The translations under genes were made by a program, and so were the position numbers. A stretch of 64,000 nt of DNA from a virus: the IMG/VR virus record IMGVR_UViG_3300021225_000468, positions 32,001 through 96,000 of that record; one strand, given 5' to 3'. This document shows, in pieces, positions 57,950-64,000 of this stretch (its first letter is position 1; each line of letters begins with the position of its first letter). The notes below the pieces were generated by a model. The model saw only the letters and a program-made list of their open reading frames with translations. It was not told the origin of the DNA and made no database searches.

Positions 57950-57976
57950 AAAATCCCCCACAAAATGTGGGGGATA
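57950..57976 (-). terminator. Terminator after Hsp20
   Basis: ATCCCCCACA-AAA-TGTGGGGGAT with T-run on minus strand. Confidence 0.8.
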
Positions 57977-57979
57977 AAA

Positions 57980-58360
57980 TCAACTAATTGTTATTAGTTT
58001 TTGTTTTAATTTTTCTTTATCCTTGGGTATTTTTATTGTACATACACCATTTTTAACTGTAGCATCTATTTTGTCTACCAAAACATCTTTTGGAAGTTTA
58101 TATTTCTTTTCAAATTTTTGAATAAAGATATGTTTAGATTTTTCATCTTTTTTTGGTTCATGGTTGATAATAATTAAATCATTGTCAACCATAATACTCA
58201 AATCATTTTTAGTCAAACCAGGTACTGATAGATGTATTTGATAATCATCATCAGTTGTTTGAATTTTATAATCACCATACCATTCTGATTTTTTGTAATC
58301 AGATAAAAATTCGTCAAAATACGAATCTAAAAGATTGTTAAAGTAAAATGTTTTGTACAT
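57980..58360 (-). CDS. Small heat shock protein (Hsp20)
   Basis: VPGLTKNDLSI, F.KKYKLP, IDATVKNGVCTIKIPK. Confidence 0.9.
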   Translation of the reverse strand: MYKTFYFNNLLDSYFDEFLSDYKKSEWYGDYKIQTTDDDYQIHLSVPGLTKNDLSIMVDNDLIIINHEPKKDEKSKHIFIQKFEKKYKLPKDVLVDKIDATVKNGVCTIKIPKDKEKLKQKLITIS

Positions 58361-58462
58361 AGTATTATAAATTTTTACAAAATATTATCAAAATATTTAC
58401 CAAAATAGTATATCTGTTATAATTACATACTAAAAATGATATTAATGTCATTTTGACATTAT

Positions 58463-58493
58463 TTTGTTTTGTTGTTTGACTTTTGTATATTTG
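58463..58493 (+). promoter_or_regulatory. Bacteroidota-type housekeeping promoter (TTTG-N19-TATATTTG)
   Basis: Exact match to -33 TTTG / -7 TAnnTTTG consensus upstream of the Clp ATPase. Confidence 0.6.
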
Positions 58494-58513
58494 ATATATA
58501 AATTTTGTCACCT

Positions 58514-60520
58514 ATGTCTGTAGACTATTTTGAAGAGAACCAACCATTAAATCCTAAGAAAGTCAAAAAGGGGTCTAATACACCTATATTAGATAATTTT
58601 TCGAGGGATTTAATCAGATTGGCAGAAGAAGGTAAAATTGACCCTGTTGTCGGTAGGGAAAATGAGGTCAAAAGAATCGCTCAAATCTTATCAAGAAAAA
58701 AGAAAAACAACGCGGTCATTGTTGGAGATGCTGGTGTGGGGAAATCAGCATTAGTTGAAAAATTAGCCTTGATGATAAGTAAGGGTGATTGTCCAACAAA
58801 TCTTTTGGATAAAAGAATAATGTCTTTAGATTTGACTTCATTGGTTGCGGGAACAAAATACCGTGGACAATTTGAAGAAAGGATTAAAGCAATATTGAAT
58901 GAATTACAGGAGGCACCTAATGTGATTGTTTTTATTGATGAATTACACACGATGGTTGGTGCAGGAAACGCCAGTGGTTCTATGGATGCTGCAAATATTT
59001 TAAAACCTGCTTTGGCAAGAGGTGAAATCCAATGTATTGGTGCAACAACGTTTGACGAATTCAAAAAACATATTGAAAAGGATGGTGCGTTAGTTAGGAG
59101 ATTTCAAAAAATAATTTTGAAAGAACCTACAATACAAGAAACTATCACTATATTAAATAATTTGAAAAGTTCTTATGAGGACTATCATAGAGTTAGTTAT
59201 GAAGAAAATGTTATTGAATCTATTGTAAAATTATCTCACAGGTATATTACTGATAGACAATTTCCTGATAAAAGTATCGATATATTAGATGAATTGGGTA
59301 GTGAAAAAAGAGTGTCAAATAAAATACCTGATTATATAGAAAAATTAAAGAAAAAGGCGGATGATTTAAAACTGAAAAAAATTAAGGTAGTAGAAAAACA
59401 AGATTATGAAGTTGCTGCAAAATTAAGAGATGAGGAAAAAGAATCTCGAAAAAAATATGTAACAGAAAAAGAAAAATGGGAAAAAAGTTGTTTAGAAAAT
59501 AAGATACCTGTCACTGTTGAAGATGTTTATGAAATCATTTCACAAATGACAGGGGTTCCAATCAGTAAATTAGATAATAAAGAAGTTCAAAAACTTTTAG
59601 ATTTAGAAAATATTTTGTCAAAAAAAGTTATTGGACAATCTGAAGCCATTTCATCGATATCTAAAGCAATTAGAAGAAATAGAGTAGGAATCAAAGATGC
59701 TAATAAACCCATCGGTTCATTTATATTTTTAGGTTCAACAGGTGTTGGTAAAACATTTTTGGCAAAATGTTTAGCTAAAACATTATTTGATGATTCTGAA
59801 AAAATAATCAGAATTGACATGAGTGAATACATGGAAAAACACAATGTATCTCGTTTAGTAGGTGCACCTCCTGGTTATGTGGGATATGATGAAGGTGGAC
59901 AATTAACAGAGAAAGTAAAAAATAATCCGTTTTCAGTAATTTTATTTGATGAAATAGAAAAGGCACATAAAGATGTCTATAATATTTTGTTACAGATACT
60001 TGATGAGGGACATTTAACAGATTCGTTTGGTCGAAAAATTAATTTTACAAATACTTTGATAATCATGACATCAAATGTCGGAGCAAAAAAAGTATCTGAA
60101 TTTGGTAATGGTATTGGATTTGCAACATCCTCAGAACAAAAATATGATGTCAAAAAAAGTATCATTCAAAAATCTTTAAAACAACAATTTAATCCTGAGT
60201 TCTTGAATAGAATTGACGATATAATTTTATTCAACAAATTGGATGACGAGACACTAAAAGTTATTGTTGAAAATGAATTGAAAAGTCTTCAAAATAGACT
60301 GAAAGACAAAAATTACACAATAACTTTTGATAGTTCAGTGATAAATAGAATTTTAGAATTGAATAAAGAAGAAGAATACGGTGCTAGACCAATTAAAAGA
60401 ATAATTCAAAATCTTATCGAAGATTTTATTAGTGAAGAAATTTTGAAAAGTAATATTGTAGAAAATGGTACTTACTTATTGAAGTATAAAGATGAAAATT
60501 TAAAAATTATAAAAAAGTAA
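58514..60520 (+). CDS. ClpC-like AAA+ ATPase lacking N-terminal domain
   Basis: Two Walker A (GDAGVGKS, GSTGVGKT), KYRGQFEER, UVR-type DYEVAAKLRD, GAPPGYVGY, IGF loop, GARP. Confidence 0.92.
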   Translation: MSVDYFEENQPLNPKKVKKGSNTPILDNFSRDLIRLAEEGKIDPVVGRENEVKRIAQILSRKKKNNAVIVGDAGVGKSALVEKLALMISKGDCPTNLLDKRIMSLDLTSLVAGTKYRGQFEERIKAILNELQEAPNVIVFIDELHTMVGAGNASGSMDAANILKPALARGEIQCIGATTFDEFKKHIEKDGALVRRFQKIILKEPTIQETITILNNLKSSYEDYHRVSYEENVIESIVKLSHRYITDRQFPDKSIDILDELGSEKRVSNKIPDYIEKLKKKADDLKLKKIKVVEKQDYEVAAKLRDEEKESRKKYVTEKEKWEKSCLENKIPVTVEDVYEIISQMTGVPISKLDNKEVQKLLDLENILSKKVIGQSEAISSISKAIRRNRVGIKDANKPIGSFIFLGSTGVGKTFLAKCLAKTLFDDSEKIIRIDMSEYMEKHNVSRLVGAPPGYVGYDEGGQLTEKVKNNPFSVILFDEIEKAHKDVYNILLQILDEGHLTDSFGRKINFTNTLIIMTSNVGAKKVSEFGNGIGFATSSEQKYDVKKSIIQKSLKQQFNPEFLNRIDDIILFNKLDDETLKVIVENELKSLQNRLKDKNYTITFDSSVINRILELNKEEEYGARPIKRIIQNLIEDFISEEILKSNIVENGTYLLKYKDENLKIIKK

Positions 60521-60630
60521 TAATAAATATATGAATTTTTGTTTTTTTTCATATATTTATATATGAAGGTAACTTTTGTCAGATACCTTTTCGTTTTTTA
60601 GATTCAGGGTTGAACCTGCTTATGACCTTA

Positions 60631-60667
60631 TAAAACCCCAACAACTTGTTGGGGTTTATTTTTTTTA
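60631..60667 (+). terminator. Intrinsic terminator
   Basis: AAACCCCAACAA-C-TTGTTGGGGTTT followed by T-run. Confidence 0.85.
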
Positions 60668-60709
60668 TTGTCTTTTTTTTATTATTTTTAATTTACAAAT
60701 CATTTGTAA

Positions 60710-61012
60710 ATGAAGAAAAAACTCCTGTTTGAAGAAGACTATTCTGACTTCGCAGATTTTTATGATGAGAATAAACACATTATTTATTCTGAAATTGTCG
60801 AACTCTTTTCTGAATTTCAAGAAGTCAGAATAAAAACAATCAGTTTAGTTGTTGTTGCAAAAATCCAAAACATGGATTGGAATACTGAAATAAAATTTGA
60901 TAGGAAAAATATTAAAATACTTAGTAATGAAATTCTAAAATATTTTGAAAGTATTGATGATTATGAATCATGTCAAAAAATCGTAAAACTATATAATGAC
61001 TTGACAATATAA
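60710..61012 (+). CDS. Hypothetical protein with C-terminal UVR-like motif
   Basis: YFESIDDYESCQKIVKL. Confidence 0.6.
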   Translation: MKKKLLFEEDYSDFADFYDENKHIIYSEIVELFSEFQEVRIKTISLVVVAKIQNMDWNTEIKFDRKNIKILSNEILKYFESIDDYESCQKIVKLYNDLTI

Positions 61013-61067
61013 AAAAAATATCCTATATATTCATTATCGATTATATATCTCTATTATTTTTGTCAAC

Positions 61068-61096
61068 AACCCCTGTGTTTCTACATAGGGGTTTTT
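61068..61096 (+). terminator. Terminator between convergent genes
   Basis: AACCCCTGTGT-TTCT-ACATAGGGGTTTTT. Confidence 0.75.
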
Positions 61097-61382
61097 AATT
61101 TATAACATCATCTTCAGAATAATTACTGTCTTGTGAAGATTGTGAATTTGAATCAGGTTTTTTTGAGTTTATATACTTGTCCACAGATGCAATTCCAAAC
61201 GAACCTAAAGTTATGATAAGAAACGAATTAAATATAAATTCATTAACAACCAAATCTTTACCAAAATACCCTGTCACTATATCTGCAATTGCAAAAATTA
61301 TCATTATCAAAAATGCGGCAAATCCTATTACAGATTTTTCATTTATATGATTATCATCTGAAAACAATTCTTTAAAGTTCAT
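61095..61382 (-). CDS. Two-TM membrane protein, holin-like
   Basis: Two hydrophobic segments; TATTTATA at 61404-61411. Confidence 0.5.
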   Translation of the reverse strand: MNFKELFSDDNHINEKSVIGFAAFLIMIIFAIADIVTGYFGKDLVVNEFIFNSFLIITLGSFGIASVDKYINSKKPDSNSQSSQDSNYSEDDVIN

Positions 61383-61415
61383 AAAATATTATTTTTGTCT
61401 ATCTATAAATATTAT

Positions 61416-61796
61416 TTAATATAAGACTTGTTTATTCTTATCTAATATTATTTTACCATAATCAATTCTTGAAATAATTTGAGGTATAGAAAAATCAACA
61501 ATCTCTACTATTTGATTTATTAAATCATTATCACAACCAATAATCTTACTATTATCATCAAAATAGATATATTTTTGTTTTTCAAAAATATCTAACATTT
61601 TATTATGTGAAACCTTAAAATCATTTAGTTCATGTAATATTTTTTCTAAATTTAAAAAATATGGAGATAGATTTTTTATATAAAATGATTTATCAACCTT
61701 TTGAAGGTATGCAAATAAAACATATTGTTTATGTTCAAAATCTATAGGTGGTTCTATGTACCATGTGACGGGTAAAATATCCTTACTCATACCCAT
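61416..61796 (-). CDS. Hypothetical protein
   Basis: WYIEPPIDFEHKQYVLFAYLQ; 126 aa. Confidence 0.6.
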   Translation of the reverse strand: MGMSKDILPVTWYIEPPIDFEHKQYVLFAYLQKVDKSFYIKNLSPYFLNLEKILHELNDFKVSHNKMLDIFEKQKYIYFDDNSKIIGCDNDLINQIVEIVDFSIPQIISRIDYGKIILDKNKQVLY

Positions 61797-61881
61797 ATAT
61801 ATTTTAAAATATATTTTATTTTATATAAAAATTATTTATTCAATTTACTATTTATAATTGACACAAATCTGAGAAAAATAC

Positions 61882-62949
61882 ATGAATCCATTGAAATTGC
61901 TATTTTTATTGAAAAGAAGACACGACTATAATTCTGAAAAACATATTAATTTAAATATTAGTACGGGTTTATACAATTCAGCGTTTTTTATGTACGACAT
62001 GTTAAATGATTTAGGTATTGAGTCTCATATTTCAGTAGTTATAGATAATAATTGTATTGATAGAGAAGTTTCGAAATATAAACCAACCCACGTTGTAATA
62101 GAAGCACTATGGGTTATACCGTCAAAATTTCAAGTTTTAACTAAATTACATCCAAATGTAAAATGGATAATAAGACTTCATAGTGAAATACCATTTTTAG
62201 CTAACGAGGGAATGGCATTTGATTGGATTGGTGATTATGTGATGTTTGATAATGTTTATGTTGCGGCAAATTCTGAATACGCGTTAGACGATGTCAGGTC
62301 GTTTATTAAAAGTAAAGTCCCTCAATGGCATTATACGCACATAAATAAAAAAATAATATACTTACCTAATTTTTATCCTCAAGAATTTAAATCAAAAAAA
62401 TTTGATAAAAATAAGGATTATATAGACATTGCTTGTTTTGGAGCTATTAGACCTTTGAAAAACCATATAATTCAATCAATCTCAGCTTTAAAATTTGCAG
62501 ATAAAATAAATAAAAAATTGAGATTTCATGTTAATATTGGTAGGGTAGAACAAAAGGGAGATTCAATTTTGAAAAACTTACAATCTATATTTTCACATGT
62601 AGAAGATTCAGGTCATCAATTAGTTGGTCATGTATGGTCACCAAGAGAAAAATTTTTAGAGATTTGTGAAACTGTTGATATTGGAATGCAAGTCTCAATA
62701 TCTGAAACATTCAATATTGTTGCCGCAGATTTGGTAACAAATGGTATACCTGTAGTCTGTTCAAATGAAATACCTTGGTCCAATCCAATTTTTAGTGCAG
62801 ATTCTACAGATATGCAAAATATTTATGATAAATTGTTGTTGACATATAATTTTCCTTTTATAAATTATAAATCACATCAATTTTTACTAAGAAGATATAC
62901 AAATAAAACCAAAGAAGTGTGGTATAATTACTTCACAAATAAAGTATGA
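61882..62949 (+). CDS. Glycosyltransferase (GT-B/GT4-like)
   Basis: CFGAIRPLKN, QVSISETFNIVAAD...GIPVV. Confidence 0.8.
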   Translation: MNPLKLLFLLKRRHDYNSEKHINLNISTGLYNSAFFMYDMLNDLGIESHISVVIDNNCIDREVSKYKPTHVVIEALWVIPSKFQVLTKLHPNVKWIIRLHSEIPFLANEGMAFDWIGDYVMFDNVYVAANSEYALDDVRSFIKSKVPQWHYTHINKKIIYLPNFYPQEFKSKKFDKNKDYIDIACFGAIRPLKNHIIQSISALKFADKINKKLRFHVNIGRVEQKGDSILKNLQSIFSHVEDSGHQLVGHVWSPREKFLEICETVDIGMQVSISETFNIVAADLVTNGIPVVCSNEIPWSNPIFSADSTDMQNIYDKLLLTYNFPFINYKSHQFLLRRYTNKTKEVWYNYFTNKV

Positions 62950-63134
62950 GTAAATTAAAATTAACAATCTCTCATTGGAATAATGGTATTTGGGGAAATA
63001 GAAACTATTTTTTCAAAACTCTTATAGATGCGAAAAATGAAGCAAAAAAACACAAGGGTAGAATTAAAATATATAATGAACAAAAACAAGTAATTTTATC
63101 TGAAGAAAACGAAAATAATGGAGTATATTCGTAA
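62946..63134 (+). CDS. Hypothetical protein
   Basis: 62 aa, overlaps the end of the glycosyltransferase gene. Confidence 0.55.
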   Translation: MSKLKLTISHWNNGIWGNRNYFFKTLIDAKNEAKKHKGRIKIYNEQKQVILSEENENNGVYS

Positions 63135-63143
63135 TCAAAAAAT

Positions 63144-64000
63144 ATGAAACTTTTATCATTACTTTTTGAAAATAATAGTTACAAAACATCATACACAGGT
63201 GTCATTTTAGATAAGAATTCTACAAATAAAATATTAGAAATTGTCGATGTTCCGACAGGATGGAAACCTATCGCTCATCATATGACGATATCTTTAGGTG
63301 GAATACCTGAACAATTCAAAGATTTGTTAGGGAAAAAACAAACTTTACGAATCACTAAATTGGGTAAATCCGATAAAGCAATTGCATTAGGTGTTGATTC
63401 CAATCTAAGTTTGAATAAAATACCACACATAACTGTTGCAATTAATACCTCAATAGGGGCTAAAGCAAAAGATAGTAATGAAATCACAGAATGGGAAGAA
63501 ATTGAACCATTTGAAGTGATAGGTTATGTAGAAGAAGTTCTATATCAACCACCATTTAAAACATCAGGTACACCAAAAGTATTAAACGTATTCGATTTTG
63601 ACGGAACACTCATGGATTCACCAACACCTGAAGTTGGTATGCCATTATATAAAAAATTAACAGGTAATGATTGGCCGTACAAAGGATGGTGGGGTAGATT
63701 GGAAAGTTTGACATCTTTTGATGTTAAACCTTTAGAGAAAACTAAAGAATTATATGAAAAATATACTTCAATACCTGATTCAGTAAATGTTTTGATGACA
63801 AATCGTATCGCTAAATTTGAAAATGTAGTAAAAGACAAACTCAAAGATTATTATGTTTTTGATTATTACGACTTCAAAAACGACCAAAGAGAAAAACCTG
63901 ACAGAATATCTGAAATCTTGAAAAACAATCCCACAATACAACAAGTCAACATATTTGATGATATGGAAGAACAAATAATTAAGTTCCAAAATTTCAAAGA
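63144..64000 (+). CDS. 2H phosphoesterase + HAD phosphatase fusion (RNA end-healing); partial, runs off window
   Basis: Not in ORF track. Manual translation MKLLSLLFENN...AHHMTISLG...IPHITVA...VFDFDGTLMDSP...WWG...LMTNR...IFDD. Confidence 0.8.
   Translation, partial: MKLLSLLFENNSYKTSYTGVILDKNSTNKILEIVDVPTGWKPIAHHMTISLGGIPEQFKDLLGKKQTLRITKLGKSDKAIALGVDSNLSLNKIPHITVAINTSIGAKAKDSNEITEWEEIEPFEVIGYVEEVLYQPPFKTSGTPKVLNVFDFDGTLMDSPTPEVGMPLYKKLTGNDWPYKGWWGRLESLTSFDVKPLEKTKELYEKYTSIPDSVNVLMTNRIAKFENVVKDKLKDYYVFDYYDFKNDQREKPDRISEILKNNPTIQQVNIFDDMEEQIIKFQNFK

Noticed and set aside
311-63989. Many 60-175 aa ORFs antisense to or nested in long genes (e.g. 311-661, 7761-8246, 24578-25039, 36331-36858, 48354-48758, 63278-63989)
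   Set aside because: Shadow frames of real genes with Phe/Ser/Leu-biased composition; the three minus-strand ORFs at 63278-63989 lie opposite the real 63144 gene
1-64000. Stop-codon reassignment as in some large phages
   Set aside because: Core genes are intact and tile the window densely in the standard code
1-64000. CRISPR array, tRNA or rRNA genes
   Set aside because: No repeat-spacer pattern or cloverleaf seen by eye; intergenic gaps are short. A tRNA scan was not run

Overview
The whole window is a dense, very AT-rich segment of a large T4-like (myovirus, probably jumbo) phage read in the standard genetic code. It holds the core virion module (terminase, portal, prohead protease, scaffold, major capsid, neck proteins, tail terminator, sheath, two tube paralogs, tail chaperone, tape-measure-like protein, baseplate and fibre proteins). 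It also encodes a family B DNA polymerase, SNF2 helicase, late sigma factor, dUTPase, dCMP deaminase, PhoH, four glycosyltransferases, Hsp20 and a ClpC-like ATPase, a nucleotidyltransferase, a WYL protein, a partial 2H+HAD RNA-repair enzyme and ribosomal protein bS21. A Bacteroidota host is inferred from bS21 among head genes, a TTTG-N19-TAnnTTTG promoter, A-rich starts without Shine-Dalgarno and a DUF4494-like gene. The most notable unexplained signals are: (1) an [ST]-G-x-T motif strongly enriched in virion proteins alongside four glycosyltransferases (candidate virion glycosylation system); (2) shared terminal peptides on unrelated late proteins (candidate capsid-loading signal); (3) a sense-strand TATTTAT(A) late-promoter motif, often 3 nt before the ATG; (4) a candidate +1 frameshift in the tail chaperone; (5) a parS-like site in an origin-like intergenic region; (6) a 36-bp perfect palindrome that gives bS21 and its convergent neighbour identical C-termini. 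All calls are from manual motif reading; no database search was run.
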